A program made the translations under genes and the position numbers. Positions 21,417-32,918 of a stretch of DNA of 64,000 nucleotides are shown one piece after another. The stretch is from Carpediemonas membranifera BICM (taxonomy: Eukaryota; Protista; Fornicata): NCBI GenBank assembly GCA_019828565.1, contig JAHDYR010000016.1:186001-250000 (forward strand), written 5' to 3'. The stretch's first letter is position 1, and each line of letters starts with the position of its first letter. The notes under the pieces were generated by a model. That model was not told where the DNA came from and searched no databases. It saw nothing but the letters and a program-made list of their open reading frames with translations.

Positions 21417-23507
21417 TCACACCAGCTTGACTCCCTCGACTGTGGTGAACTTCGTCATGTACCTCTCGACGTCCCGCCTGAGCAGCATCACTGCCTGTCC
21501 GGCCAGACCAGCCATTGCATCATCGCCAGAGGCCCTGGACTGAAGCCAAGCTGCCCACTTCTCGACGCTCGCTGAGCTCCCCGACTCTACCAGAGTCGAC
21601 GGCGGGACGACGGAAAAGACGGCCGCAACTGCCCGGATGACGGCCGCAGATGTCGCAGGGTCGGCTGACTTGGTGTGACTCCAGAAGAAGTTGAGGCTCC
21701 TCATGGCGATGCCCAGGGAGCCCGGCCTCAGCGCGTGGCGGCGGATGGTGTCGCCAACAAGGGCGATCGCTCCTGGGATGACGAGGGGGTCGGACACACC
21801 GCTGGAGAGGACCATGCCTGCGATGGCCATGGCGTGTGGGCCCATTACATCTTCAGTCTTAGCCTGCGAAGCCGGAGACTTGGACAGGGCGATGCTTTGG
21901 CCCCTGCCCTCGCCCTCCCTCAGGACCGCCTTGCCCCACCGCCGCTCCTTGGGGCGACTCTCAACCTCTTGGATCATCGCCCGACTGACCTGGGCGTTCG
22001 GCTCGGGCGAGAGCTCGGCTGCCAGTGCCCTCAGTGCAATGAGCTTGTGTCCTGTGCTGACGGCCTGGTCAGCCAGGCTCTGGGCGATCGCTGCGGCGAC
22101 AGAGAGGGGCTCTGCCCGGATCAAGGATCGAATCGCGGAGATCTGGAGAGATATGAAGGATTCGCGGAGATCATCGGGGCCGAGATACGTGAGATTGAGC
22201 AAGATCTTTGTCAATCGTGGAAGCACGGGTTGTAGCGAGTCTGGGTTGGTCTTGCGGAGGTGGTCAATTCGATCCTGTATCTTGGGGAGGATCTCAATTC
22301 GATCAACAGCAGAATCTTTCTTCTGAAGATCCTCAATCAGATCATGCATCAAACCAGGCACGACCCTTGCCGGAAAACTCTCAAACTCTCCGGCATCTGG
22401 TGTCTCGTTCGATTCCGGCAAGTCAACCGCACCGCCATCGACCACAGCATCTAACAGAGCGAGAGTCGGAAGTCCAAACTGCTCATCATAAAGCGCCATG
22501 GCCGCTGATGTATCGGGCTCCATGCCGTACCACCGGGCCGACACCGCTGCCAGCGCTGCCCCGACGTACTGGACTGGCCTGCTCCGCACGGCCAGCCGCA
22601 TGTCCACCGCCTTGGATAGCGCCAGAGGAAGTTCCCGGGACGGGGTGGGAGTCGACCCGGCTCTGGGGGCAAGGATGAGCAGGGCGGTGAGTAGCTTCGA
22701 CTGGGTTGACAGGGAGGCTAGTGAGATGTTGTGGCTGCCGGCCAAGAACTGGGCGATTGAAGTTGATGTATGTGAGATCAGGGCAGAGTCGTCGTCGGAT
22801 TTGACCCGACCGCAGAGACTGACAACAACAGACTCTGGGACAACCGTGGTCGTCCCGCAGAGACTGACCAGCGTTGTGGCCGCGAAGGCCGGGCTGAGCA
22901 TTGACGGGCTCATTCCAGCAGCCACGGCCCTGGCCGCCGTCCTGGGTCCCAGGGCCGCGACAACGCTGGCCAGGGCCTGGGTGGGCGATGCTCTGGCCAG
23001 CGCTGCTGGTGTCTGTGCCGGCCATGCAGTGGCGCATTCGACAGCTCTTGCCACAGTGGCCGGTGCGACGTATTTGAACAGTGCGTCGAGGACAGACTCC
23101 GCAAAGGGCCCTGGGAGGAGGGAGCTGGGATGAGCCTGGTCAAAGCGGGCAGCGTGGCGGTGTACATGGTCTGCTATGGCCACCAACGGGTGTGGGCTTG
23201 GCGCGGTCGTGGCCATGGCGTGCAGGAGCGGGGCGTCGTCTAGAAGGGCGACTAACACGGCCACGGTCACCTGGTATGAAGCATGCGATGTAGATAGGGC
23301 TTGAACCATGGTTTGGAGGGCATCCTCATGCCTAGATGTGCGGAGAAGTGATAGAATCGCTGGAATGGCGTTGTCGAGGCAATTCAGCAGCGGTACCGAG
23401 TGATGGCGAAGAACAACGCTGAAGAAGATTACTTCTGCCTGTGTTTCATCGTATGAATCACATTCTGAGGGCGGTAGGCCAGCAACCTCGAATATACGTC
23501 GGAGCAT
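21417..23507 (-). CDS. TEL2: TEL2/TELO2-like HEAT protein
   Basis: Helical protein with EPLSVA...STGHKLIALRAL and ERRWG segments reminiscent of the Tel2 C-terminal domain. Confidence 0.6.
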   Translation of the reverse strand: MLRRIFEVAGLPPSECDSYDETQAEVIFFSVVLRHHSVPLLNCLDNAIPAILSLLRTSRHEDALQTMVQALSTSHASYQVTVAVLVALLDDAPLLHAMATTAPSPHPLVAIADHVHRHAARFDQAHPSSLLPGPFAESVLDALFKYVAPATVARAVECATAWPAQTPAALARASPTQALASVVAALGPRTAARAVAAGMSPSMLSPAFAATTLVSLCGTTTVVPESVVVSLCGRVKSDDDSALISHTSTSIAQFLAGSHNISLASLSTQSKLLTALLILAPRAGSTPTPSRELPLALSKAVDMRLAVRSRPVQYVGAALAAVSARWYGMEPDTSAAMALYDEQFGLPTLALLDAVVDGGAVDLPESNETPDAGEFESFPARVVPGLMHDLIEDLQKKDSAVDRIEILPKIQDRIDHLRKTNPDSLQPVLPRLTKILLNLTYLGPDDLRESFISLQISAIRSLIRAEPLSVAAAIAQSLADQAVSTGHKLIALRALAAELSPEPNAQVSRAMIQEVESRPKERRWGKAVLREGEGRGQSIALSKSPASQAKTEDVMGPHAMAIAGMVLSSGVSDPLVIPGAIALVGDTIRRHALRPGSLGIAMRSLNFFWSHTKSADPATSAAVIRAVAAVFSVVPPSTLVESGSSASVEKWAAWLQSRASGDDAMAGLAGQAVMLLRRDVERYMTKFTTVEGVKLV

Positions 23508-23616
23508 TTCATCAAACCAACCTTAACCTGCCACCTGTATGTCCACAGACATGCACACGGCCACCAGACCAGCCCCCAACACTATACGTACGGCCCCATC
23601 CCACCCTAACCAACAT

Positions 23617-25803
23617 TTACTCGGCCACTTCAATCTTGAACCGCCGGACAACATCCTGGGCCCCAGCCCACTTCTCACTCAGCATACGCCGCCCGATAGC
23701 ACGGGTAGAGTCCCTCAGCCCGTGCTTCTTGACCTCAGCCATGAGCGGTTCCACCGTCTCCGCCAGTCCTTCGGCGATGTCGATGATGAGGCCGTCAGCG
23801 GCTGTCGTGTACCTCTCCGCAGTCTCCCAGATATACAGCGCCTCCTTGATCATGTCCCTCGCATGGTGGGTCAAGCCGAGCTCTTCAGCAAGCCTGCACC
23901 CAGCGACGAGCAGCTTCATTTGCTGCCCAAACGATGGCGACTCCGGCGAAGTCAGCTGTATAAACACCAAGGCCGCCGCTCGAGTGTCCCTGCTGGCACC
24001 GGTGTCCCTGTGGGCAGCATCCAGGACGGTCTGAACAACAGCAGCCTTGAGGGCGGGCAGACGGCGGATGGCGCGGTGTGCCTCGTTGGCGATCGACACC
24101 GTGACCTCGAGGTTGAGCGAGTACCGCTCGAGCAGTTTCTTAACAGACGCCTCGGTCTTGAGGCTGTCCGCAGAGCTTGTGTCGACCCCCTCGACCACAG
24201 ACCGGACGTACTCCAGTGTCACGTGTGCGATGAAGCGGTCTGCGATAGGCTCGCTCGACCGTGCGAGTGCGTCAACCACCCGCACGGCGAGGTCCTCGAG
24301 CAGGTGGGCGGCCATCTCCCGGCTTATCCCGATGAAGGGGTCCGACACGGCGAGGGCTGTGATCCTGTTGCTCGACTCGGTCGGGTCGGCGCACTGCTGG
24401 GCGATCGCCTCGACCAGACACATGAGGAGGTCAAGCGTGCTCCTGTCCAACTCCTCGATGGACGCGAGCTCATTCCTGGGCCCGTACACGCTCTGCTCTT
24501 CTACCTCAGTCGCCCTCGCCCCAATGGCGATGCGGATCGATCCGAGCCTCGTCCGCACCTGCTTGAGCATCTTGACCGAGTGGTGAGCCTTTGCCTTGGG
24601 ATGGGAGACGATCAGAGCGAGCATGGCCTTGGCAGGCCCAAAGAACGCGGCGTCGGGAAGCTCCAGGATAGGCTGCCAGAGGGACGAGACGATCGTTTGG
24701 AGCTGGTCAAAGCTCGCAGAGAAAAAACCGCGGTCAATAAAAGTCTCGATTAGATCGACCTTCGCGATATAATCATCCTGTGCGGTCAAGATATGATCCA
24801 ATATCCAGTCGATCTTATCCTCCAAAATCTCCTTTGGCAGGAATTGAATCCAGGGCTTAAGTACCGAGGATGCCGTGGGAGTGTACATGTCGATGTCTGC
24901 CTGTGCCAGCTCGAGGGCAGCGGGGTCGTTCTTGACATCGAGCATGGCGCACGCCACTATATACGTCACAGCCGGGAACAGCGCTTCCCATTCATCCACG
25001 GGCGTCGCGGCCCGCTTCTCGGCGTGGTTACGGCGCTGCAGCATGTCCACCCTGCGCTGAGCCTGGCCCTTGTTCGCCTTCATCACGAGCATGGCGTCGT
25101 GCAAGTTCTCTATGTGTGACCCGAGCGACCCGAGTCTGAGGTTGGTGGGGTCGACGACCTCAGCCGGTGTCTGTGGGAAGAGCGTTGTGGGGACTACCCG
25201 GCCGATGCTCTGCTCCAGGGCAACCACGGAGCGGGCGAGGTAGGCGCGGGCGTGGGCCTGGATGACGACGTCGCCGATGCCACGGCAGGAGGTGCGGATA
25301 CGACGTATGACATCGTTCATCTCGTTCAGAGGGATCAGGAACCTGTATGTAGCGAGCAGGGCGAGCTCGATGTAGATTCTGGGGACCAGCTCGCGGATGG
25401 AGGAGATCTTCATGATCCAGTTGCGGCACGTCGACTTCACTTCTTCGTTGATCTCAGAGCAATCAAACTCGGCTGTCAGCTGTGGGTTAGCGGCGTAGGC
25501 ACGGTCGCGAAGGCGTCTGTAGACCTTCTCGCCGAAGGAATCAAGAACACGGATGGCTTCGTGCCACGTCCTGGAGTAGAATGAGGCGACGGAGGCGTCG
25601 GCAAGGTACTTGCATGCCTGAATAGTGGCCTTGAGTGCAGCAATCTTCTCATCCTGAGCCCAGCTGCGCTCAAGCGACTGAAGCAGCTCGCGAATTCCGG
25701 CGGTGATCTGCTTGCGCGTAGATCCCTTGATGGAACCGAGTTCGTCTGTCATAAGAATGACAGGGAAGGATTGCTCGATGGCGTCGATGTCTATATCCGC
25801 CAT
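23617..25803 (-). CDS. VPS35L: Retriever subunit VPS35L (C16orf62)
   Basis: AALKATIQACKYLAD, LDSFGEKVYRR, TCRNWIMKISSIRELVPRIYIE, RGIGD..ARAYL. Start is 25803 or 25851. Confidence 0.85.
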   Translation of the reverse strand: MADIDIDAIEQSFPVILMTDELGSIKGSTRKQITAGIRELLQSLERSWAQDEKIAALKATIQACKYLADASVASFYSRTWHEAIRVLDSFGEKVYRRLRDRAYAANPQLTAEFDCSEINEEVKSTCRNWIMKISSIRELVPRIYIELALLATYRFLIPLNEMNDVIRRIRTSCRGIGDVVIQAHARAYLARSVVALEQSIGRVVPTTLFPQTPAEVVDPTNLRLGSLGSHIENLHDAMLVMKANKGQAQRRVDMLQRRNHAEKRAATPVDEWEALFPAVTYIVACAMLDVKNDPAALELAQADIDMYTPTASSVLKPWIQFLPKEILEDKIDWILDHILTAQDDYIAKVDLIETFIDRGFFSASFDQLQTIVSSLWQPILELPDAAFFGPAKAMLALIVSHPKAKAHHSVKMLKQVRTRLGSIRIAIGARATEVEEQSVYGPRNELASIEELDRSTLDLLMCLVEAIAQQCADPTESSNRITALAVSDPFIGISREMAAHLLEDLAVRVVDALARSSEPIADRFIAHVTLEYVRSVVEGVDTSSADSLKTEASVKKLLERYSLNLEVTVSIANEAHRAIRRLPALKAAVVQTVLDAAHRDTGASRDTRAAALVFIQLTSPESPSFGQQMKLLVAGCRLAEELGLTHHARDMIKEALYIWETAERYTTAADGLIIDIAEGLAETVEPLMAEVKKHGLRDSTRAIGRRMLSEKWAGAQDVVRRFKIEVAE

Positions 25804-26050
25804 TCTTGTTGGGTCGTTTGTCTGCTCCGACTGGATGAAAGTCGTTTGCAAATGCAGAGGAGAGATGAAGTGTGGTTAACAAGGGTGAGGGAATAAAAAG
25901 GGATGAAGTGTGTGGCTGGGCCACGAAACAGAGCGTCTTCTTCATGCCCGTTTGATGTTCCTCTCGTCGGGCCGGCAGAGGTCTCGGACACTCAGAAAGA
26001 AGTGATGCTATTTAGTAATCTCCAAACGTCAACATGACATCCCCACAAGC

Positions 26051-26506
26051 CTACAAGATCTCATCCAACGCCAGCGTCTTCCCGCTCTCCTCGATGATCT
26101 TGAAAGCCGTCTCCCTCGGCACTGACGACATGATCATCTTGTTGAACACCTGCACTGTCGGAATACCCACCTTGAGCTGCCTATAGTACATGGCGTACTC
26201 GGGGTTGGACTGAAGGCCGCTGGGTGCGGCGGTGGCGGCCTCGGGTTGTGCCACGGCGCTTGTGCTCGCTTGCGCTGGTGCTTGTTCAACAGCCGCGGCG
26301 GGCATGTTCTCGGGCTCATCGGGAACCGTACTAAGCTTTGATTCTAACATGCATATGATCTCATTTGTGCGTGTGAGCGTCTTGTCGGCTTCGTCCAGCT
26401 TCGAATGACACGTCCGCGCGAATTCATCGATAAAATATGTCGTTGAGATGATAAAGGCGTTGATTGCAGCCAACGTACGTTCTCTATCAAGCGGCGCTGT
26501 CGACAT
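26051..26506 (-). CDS. WASHC3: WASH complex subunit 3 (CCDC53)
   Basis: RTLAAINAFIISTTYFIDEF..C..KL, LESKLSTVP, PEYAMYYRQLKVGIP. Confidence 0.85.
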   Translation of the reverse strand: MSTAPLDRERTLAAINAFIISTTYFIDEFARTCHSKLDEADKTLTRTNEIICMLESKLSTVPDEPENMPAAAVEQAPAQASTSAVAQPEAATAAPSGLQSNPEYAMYYRQLKVGIPTVQVFNKMIMSSVPRETAFKIIEESGKTLALDEIL

Positions 26507-26657
26507 CAGTACTCAGTGGGTTAAACTGCGTTTTTCTTCAAATGGGGCACGAGTCCGATAAGGAGTCTATAAGGGGCATATAAGACCCCATGCTTGTGTT
26601 TCTAGCAAACACGCTCGTCTTTACAAATGATCTCGTCATCTGACCCACGACCAGGGA

Positions 26658-27294
26658 TCAGGGCTGCTCGGTGGCTTCAGCCTCTGGATCTTGCTGGGGC
26701 TCGTCTACAACCTCCTCTTCGGGCGCTGGCTCTGCTTCCTTGATCTGCTCTGAGTCCTCCGGAGCAGCAGCTTCAGCCTCAGCCTCAGGCTCGGCAGCGT
26801 CTTCACTAACAATGGGCTCGGCCGGAGCATCGGATGGCGTCTCCGGGATGCCGTCCGCGGTGACTGCCGCCAGGGCGGCCATGGCCTCGCCGTTGCCGAC
26901 CTTAAGCTGATCAACCTCGCCCGACAGTTCCTCGAGCGCGTGCTTCTCCCGCTCGACCATGTCGTGTACCTGCCTATGCATCTTACCCACGCGTTGCTGG
27001 ACGGTGAGGACCTTGCCGCTGAGCTTGGTCACGCGCTTGTTGGCCGTCCGGAGCTTGTTGGAGTATTCGTCGAGTGGGACAACAGTGGCCACTTCCTTGA
27101 AGTCCTCAAGGGCTGAATAATGCATTAAAGTTGTACAAACTCTTCATGAGGTCACCAATCCGACTGAGGAGCTCGGCCTGGTTCGTCTGGATCGAGGAAA
27201 TGGACGTCATGATACTCTCCACGCCAGGCTTCAAGAATGACTGAATCTCAGTCGATAGAGTCTCCTGAAACGCAGTCTGCTCGCTTCCAGACAT
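26658..27294 (-). CDS. Snapin-like (BLOC-1/BORC subunit); 2 exons (intron 27113-27140)
   Basis: A 28-nt GTTTGT...TTCAG intron joins two ORFs in frame. LKPGVESI..IQTNQAELLSRI and LDEYSNKLRTANKRV resemble Snapin. Confidence 0.7.
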
Positions 27295-27404
27295 TGTTTT
27301 AGTAGTTTTAGTATGCTGACTTCCGGACTATTTGACAAGATCCTTAACCTGCGAATTATTCTCACATGTGACTCTCCTGCGACCCCAGCCAAACTATACA
27401 CCGT

Positions 27405-29114
27405 TTAAATCTGATCGACCTGCCGGACCTCCGTAACCCGCGCCCTGACGCCGTCCGTCGTCGGGTTCAGCATCAGCACGCACGTCTTCTGGCCCCCAAG
27501 CTCGCTGTTGTCCTTCACCGCTGCTGCGAGTGACGCCTCGCGGTCTCTGGACAGCCAGCCCCTGTTCTTGCGGGTCTCGGGCTCCACGACGTACGTCCTC
27601 CCCGCCATCTCTGCCCGGGGCTCCGTCCTGGCGTCCTCAGCGTGCTGTGCGAAGGGGTGGAGCTCCTCGTCGTCGGCCAGCTCACCCAGCCGTCTCATGT
27701 CGTCCGGGTGGCGGGCACAGCGGACGATGCGGCCGCCCTGCTTCGAGTAGAGCACGCCGTACCAGTCGACGGTGCGTTTGGCCACGGTTGACACGGCGAA
27801 GGTGGGGGCGGCGACCATGTAGATGATGGCACCCGCGACGAAGCCCCACTTCTTGAACATGAAGGGCTCGCCCCGCTCCTTGCCCTGCTGGCCGGCCACC
27901 ACGTCTACGAGCACCGTAAGCGTCCACTTGTTGACAACAATGGCGAGGTACGCGGCGATGAGGATGAGAGTGAGCATGAGTGCGTCGAGGGCGAGGTAGG
28001 GCGAGGGCGGGGTCCTGTCCGAGACGTACTGGTACAGCGACCACACTGCCCAGGGGCCGATGGACGCGAGCTGGGCGATCACGGAGAGGGTGGGGATGAG
28101 GATCACGGGCAGGGCCAGGGCTGCGAGGGTGACCTGCAGTCTGTTCTGGAGCCAGTCTGCCCTGGTGAAGTACGTGTCGAGCGTGACGAACTGGCGCTGG
28201 ACGAAGTTGAACGTCTTTTTGACGGGCTCGACCACGCGGAGGTCGCCTCTGAAGAGCACGCGCGGGTCGGCCACGATCCTCTTGCCCGTCTGGTGGGCGA
28301 TGTTGCTGACGGCCATGTCGTCCGAGTAGCCGCCGTCGCGCCAGATGTCCAGAATGCCGTGCCGGTTGGCCCTCAGGTCGGCCGTGCGGATCATGAAGCA
28401 GCCGCCCCAGGCGAAGGGGCAGTACTTGTTGGCAAACGACGAGAGGTTGATGATGCGGTAGAGCGACAGGAAGTGAGACATCAGAGTCGACTTCGTCTCG
28501 GGCGGGGGCACCTCCACGATGTAGCCCGTGCTGATCCAGTTCTTAGGCTTCTCGTCCTCGTCGTCGGGGTTGGCCATGCCTTCCTCAATCGCCCTGACGA
28601 GGATCTCGATGGTGTTGGGGTTCGTCCCGAGGTCGTCGTCGAGGAAGAGGGTGTAGCGGGAGTCGGGGTTGGACGCCTGGGTGCCGGCGATCATGTTGTG
28701 AATCTTCTGGGCGTTATGCCAGGAGAGGCCAGAGATGACCTGCTTGCACTCGATGTGGCGGCTGTCAGACGGGCTGCGGTTGGCGTAGAACTCCCTGAGG
28801 AAGTCCTCGATGTGCTCAGTGGCGGGGTCGTTCTTACTCTCCGTCACGAAGACGAACTCGACGTTTTGGTAGGATGTGGACGTCTGTGCGCGCCAGAAGT
28901 TGAGCTTCTCTGGGTTAAAGCCCTTGATGGGCATAACTACGGAGACGAGAGGCATCGTACGCTCCTCGTTCACGGCATCAGGGCAATTGTTCCTAACTCC
29001 GCGCAGCTTGTACCGAGAGATGGCAAGGATCGCCCAGAATGATGTGAAAGCCACGATAGTGACGAATGCTTCCGCGTTAAAGACGCATAGCAGGAGGAAT
29101 ACCAGGTTCAACAT
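27405..29114 (-). CDS. Glucosylceramide synthase-like glycosyltransferase (GT21/GT2, plant-type)
   Basis: VSVVMPIKG, QKIHN, LFLDDD, WGGC, DGGYSDD; N- and C-terminal TM segments. Confidence 0.8.
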   Translation of the reverse strand: MLNLVFLLLCVFNAEAFVTIVAFTSFWAILAISRYKLRGVRNNCPDAVNEERTMPLVSVVMPIKGFNPEKLNFWRAQTSTSYQNVEFVFVTESKNDPATEHIEDFLREFYANRSPSDSRHIECKQVISGLSWHNAQKIHNMIAGTQASNPDSRYTLFLDDDLGTNPNTIEILVRAIEEGMANPDDEDEKPKNWISTGYIVEVPPPETKSTLMSHFLSLYRIINLSSFANKYCPFAWGGCFMIRTADLRANRHGILDIWRDGGYSDDMAVSNIAHQTGKRIVADPRVLFRGDLRVVEPVKKTFNFVQRQFVTLDTYFTRADWLQNRLQVTLAALALPVILIPTLSVIAQLASIGPWAVWSLYQYVSDRTPPSPYLALDALMLTLILIAAYLAIVVNKWTLTVLVDVVAGQQGKERGEPFMFKKWGFVAGAIIYMVAAPTFAVSTVAKRTVDWYGVLYSKQGGRIVRCARHPDDMRRLGELADDEELHPFAQHAEDARTEPRAEMAGRTYVVEPETRKNRGWLSRDREASLAAAVKDNSELGGQKTCVLMLNPTTDGVRARVTEVRQVDQI

Positions 29115-29379
29115 CCTCCAGCAGCGGGAACCTAAACCTGCTCGCGGGGCCAGGCTGACTGTGACCGGGGTGAGGCGGACGAGTTCTGTCTGAGTACAGC
29201 TATAGCATGTTTGCATCAATTACCGCGCGTTTCCAGCTTTCGGTTGAGCCGCCGCTCCTTGCTATCATCCTGTCCTGCTCCAGCTCTCAGATCCAGCACG
29301 CCGTCACCCCAGCGACTGATTTACCTGATTTACCTATACTATGTACTGCGCCATCCTTGTACTGTTACACAGCCATCTT

Positions 29380-29877
29380 CTAGCTGCTCGGGAACGGCGA
29401 TGCGGCCAGGCTGCTGATATCGCTCATGGTTCCGGCGACCGAAGCGCGTGCTTTCCTGTGCAGCTGGGAGGTCCGCTCGAGCTGTGATCTGGCCGACCCG
29501 AGCGCGGTCTGCAGACGAACAACAACGCTCTTAAGCGCCGCGTTTTCACTCTTGAGCTCTGTATTCTCCTGTCTCAGAGCCTTGTTCTCGCTCTTTAGCC
29601 TTTCTTCGTCCTCAGCGGTGAAGCGGGGCACGACATTGTCTTCCGGGTCCAGCTCGTAGGGCAAGAGAATCTGACCATCAGCTAATTCGGCCGCAATGAA
29701 ATCTAATTGTGTTGCTAAATGCTGAATTTCGGTTTCGTCGGCAACACCTTGCCAGGTACGTGGCGAGGATTCGAAATCGTTTTTCATGGTTTCTACCCAG
29801 TTGAGCACTCGTGAAAAGCGATCGAAGTGAATCGCATGATCCGACTGATCGGATTGGGATAGCTCATCCAGCTCCAT
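29380..29877 (-). CDS. Small coiled-coil protein
   Basis: LKSEN heptad repeats; ATG preceded by the recurrent upstream motif. Confidence 0.6.
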   Translation of the reverse strand: MELDELSQSDQSDHAIHFDRFSRVLNWVETMKNDFESSPRTWQGVADETEIQHLATQLDFIAAELADGQILLPYELDPEDNVVPRFTAEDEERLKSENKALRQENTELKSENAALKSVVVRLQTALGSARSQLERTSQLHRKARASVAGTMSDISSLAASPFPSS

Positions 29878-30089
29878 CGGTCGAATTGCAAGCGTGCGAT
29901 TATGAAGCGACCTCGGGCTAAACTGCACCGACTGTCCAAGCTCCTATGAGCTCGGCCAGGGGCTAGCGGGGCCATGGATGGAGTAGGATAAGTCTCCGCT
30001 ACATATTCTCTAGCATAAATCTGAGAATTTCGCCGGTGACACGTCATTTAAACTTCCGGACAAATTTATGTACGCCTTGCAAGCCTCTC

Positions 30090-31649
30090 CTACGCCAGCA
30101 CTGCACCTACCGACACAGTCCATGGCTCCTCGAACTCGAGTTCGGTGATCCCCCGTTCAATCTCCGGGTCGGGCACGGCATGACACTCGGGGTCGCTGAT
30201 CATATCAGCACTGGGCTCTGTGTCCTCGGTCACCATCGCTGCATCCGGCTCTGCTTCATCATCTTCCTCGGCCTCGTCTCCGGCCCCGGCCCCGGCCTCT
30301 GTCTCCAGGACACAGAAGTCCAGCGGGATGGCAAGAGTCAGCCCGCCCTCGCCGTCGTCCTCAACAATGGTCTTCTCCTCCATGGCCTCCTCATCCTCAT
30401 CCGCCTCGGGGTCCGAGTCGAACTGCTCCTCGACGACACCTGGACAGTCGCTCTCAACATCATCCTCCTCGGGTTCCGCAGCAACATTCTCCGTTGACGC
30501 AGCGACACACAAGTCCTTGCCGGTTGGTGCCGACGGGGGTGACGGCTGTGCCGACTTCGATGCGTCATACAGGGGCGATGCCGTACACACAAACGGCTGG
30601 CCGACCACAGCGTCCCGACCAAACATCACCGAGCCGAGGCTGATGGCGCACCGCTGCTGCTCGATCCGCTTCTTGATGAGATACGCCGCCATCGATGCCT
30701 TGCCCTGCGCCACTGCCAGGTCGGCCGGAGTCTGCCCCTGCGTCGTCCGGATAGTATAGCTCGCCCCGTGTGAGTCCAGGATATCTACGGCCTTCACCTT
30801 GCCCACCACGGCGGCAACATGCAGCGGGGTGACCCCGTCCCGAGTGGCTGCGTTGACGTCGGCTCCATGTGCGATGAGCAGCTGGGCCACGGTTGAACGG
30901 CGTTTCTGGATAGCAACGTGTAGCGGTGACACACCAGAGAACGATAGAATAGTCGGGTCTGCGCCGAACGCCAGCAGCAGCTTCACAGCCCCCTTGGAGC
31001 CCTCCATGACGAGTCGGAACAAGGGTGTCCTACCCCGCCTGTCCCTATAGTTGATACAGTCGGGCGCCTTCATCAGCATCCGCATGAGGGGGTAGTTATC
31101 CTTAGCCCCAGAGCGCACTAGGAGCTCGGCTCGATAAATCGCCCAGCTCTCGGTGAAAATCGCGTCCATCGTCTCGCTGTTGTTTGTCTCTGTGGCCTTG
31201 GTGAGCGCAGAGATCTTGCCCACCGTCGGATCGGCTCCAGCTCTGAGTAGCGCCACGACGGCGGGGAGCCATGCTTTCTTGACGGCAAGGCAGAGGGCGG
31301 TGCATTGGTTCTCGGCGAGCCGGTTGACATTGATGTTGAAGCTGGCGAGCAGTGGAATCGCATTGAGCCTGTTCATCTTCACTGCGAGGTATGCGAGCGG
31401 CATCGTGGTCGTGTCAAAGGCATAGTAAGGCAGAAGCGTCGCCAGGAAGTCGGGGCGGTTGTGGATGATGGCGCTTCCGAGGAGATCCATGCCCTTTGTG
31501 TTGTGCTTTCCAATGAATGCCGCAGAATTGTCTCTGCGGCGCAAAAGTTCGGCGAGCTTCGTATGGAAGCTGACAATCGATGTTTCTGGATTCCGAATTA
31601 GATCACGGAGCGCCTTATTGGCCTCAATGACGCCAATTGTGGCTTTCAT
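30090..31649 (-). CDS. Ankyrin repeat protein with acidic tail
   Basis: GRTPLF, GVSPLHVA, GVTPLHVAA, GQTPADLA. Confidence 0.85.
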   Translation of the reverse strand: MKATIGVIEANKALRDLIRNPETSIVSFHTKLAELLRRRDNSAAFIGKHNTKGMDLLGSAIIHNRPDFLATLLPYYAFDTTTMPLAYLAVKMNRLNAIPLLASFNINVNRLAENQCTALCLAVKKAWLPAVVALLRAGADPTVGKISALTKATETNNSETMDAIFTESWAIYRAELLVRSGAKDNYPLMRMLMKAPDCINYRDRRGRTPLFRLVMEGSKGAVKLLLAFGADPTILSFSGVSPLHVAIQKRRSTVAQLLIAHGADVNAATRDGVTPLHVAAVVGKVKAVDILDSHGASYTIRTTQGQTPADLAVAQGKASMAAYLIKKRIEQQRCAISLGSVMFGRDAVVGQPFVCTASPLYDASKSAQPSPPSAPTGKDLCVAASTENVAAEPEEDDVESDCPGVVEEQFDSDPEADEDEEAMEEKTIVEDDGEGGLTLAIPLDFCVLETEAGAGAGDEAEEDDEAEPDAAMVTEDTEPSADMISDPECHAVPDPEIERGITELEFEEPWTVSVGAVLA

Positions 31650-31828
31650 GTGTGGAGTGGTTGTGTCACGGCATACTACGGCTCAGAGTGCGAACTGACG
31701 CTTGACACGCCAGAATTTAAGAAATTGTTAAATTCGGTCCAACCCAGGTTGTCGGCCAACCACCAGTTCGCCGGCTCGTCTCATTGGTCAGTTTACATTG
31801 GCGCAGGCGTGTCATGTATCACCCCACC

Positions 31829-32771
31829 TCAGGCGCTCTCCGCCGTCGTCCCCGCGTGGGGCACCTCGCCCTCGCCCTCCGCCAGGACGACGGCCTTGGG
31901 TTTCTCGTGCTCAATGGCCTTGCCGTCCTCGTGATATTCGATCAAATTGTCAATCAAACGATGGCACGCGGTGACTGATCTCACGAGCGACGAGATGAAG
32001 AGCGAGAGGTAGAAGTCATTCATCCGCTCGTTCACGGCTGTGATGAGCTGCTTATCCTCGCTGTTGGGCAGGATACAGAAGATCTCCTGGATCATCATGT
32101 TAATCTGTTGATTGAGTGGCAGCTTGCCCTCCACGACGAGATTCATGTATTCCAGCACCTCATGCATGCACCGCTTGAACGCGTCGAGTGCGGACACCTT
32201 CTTCTCGACCTGTGCGGCCATGGGAAGGTGCTTGAACTGGAGGATGTCTCGAAGAAGATGCTCCACGCCGATGGCCTCGGCCTCGAGGTAACCTATGTTG
32301 TAGTTAACGTGCTTGAACACTTTCTCACCGTCGTTGTTGCGGCATACGTAGGCCGAGAGGGGCAGGAACGGCGAGCCGCTCTGGATGTCGACCAAGAGGT
32401 AGAGGGGGTCGCTCGCATCGTGCGTGAAGAGGTCATGGATGCGCATGTCATGTGCCAGGAGCGAGCTGCCCGTGCTGTACCATCCGACGAAGTGCTCGCG
32501 GGACGATACGCGGTGGAAGAGCTGTAGCATCTCCCGGTGGAAGAGGTCATCGAGGAACCAGATCTGGTTGTCCTCGGCGTCCTCGTCATAGGGGACTGTG
32601 TGATGGATAAGTGCATGGGAACGTACTAGCATAGCAATTGGTGACCTCCAGCTTGTTCCCGACCTTTTCTCCGAGAAGGGCGCCTACTACGCGCTTGTTC
32701 GTCTGACTAGCTATTCTGTTATAGTGATCTACAATGGATAGAAGCACAATAGGGTGCACAGAAACCTCCAT
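31829..32771 (-). CDS. RPN8: 26S proteasome lid subunit RPN8; 2 exons (intron 32596-32626)
   Basis: [49 protein letters not shown]; 31-nt GTACGT...ACACAG intron. Confidence 0.95.
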
Positions 32772-32918
32772 TGTGTTATTGATCACTGATCGTTGTCGCG
32801 CTGCAAGAAAAACATTCTCGGCATGACATGTTGCCCAACACAGCTGGCACCAGCCCAGTAGACCCAACCCAGCATCTCGCCAACCAAACCGCCCCTCTGA
32901 TCCGCATTTATAAACTGA

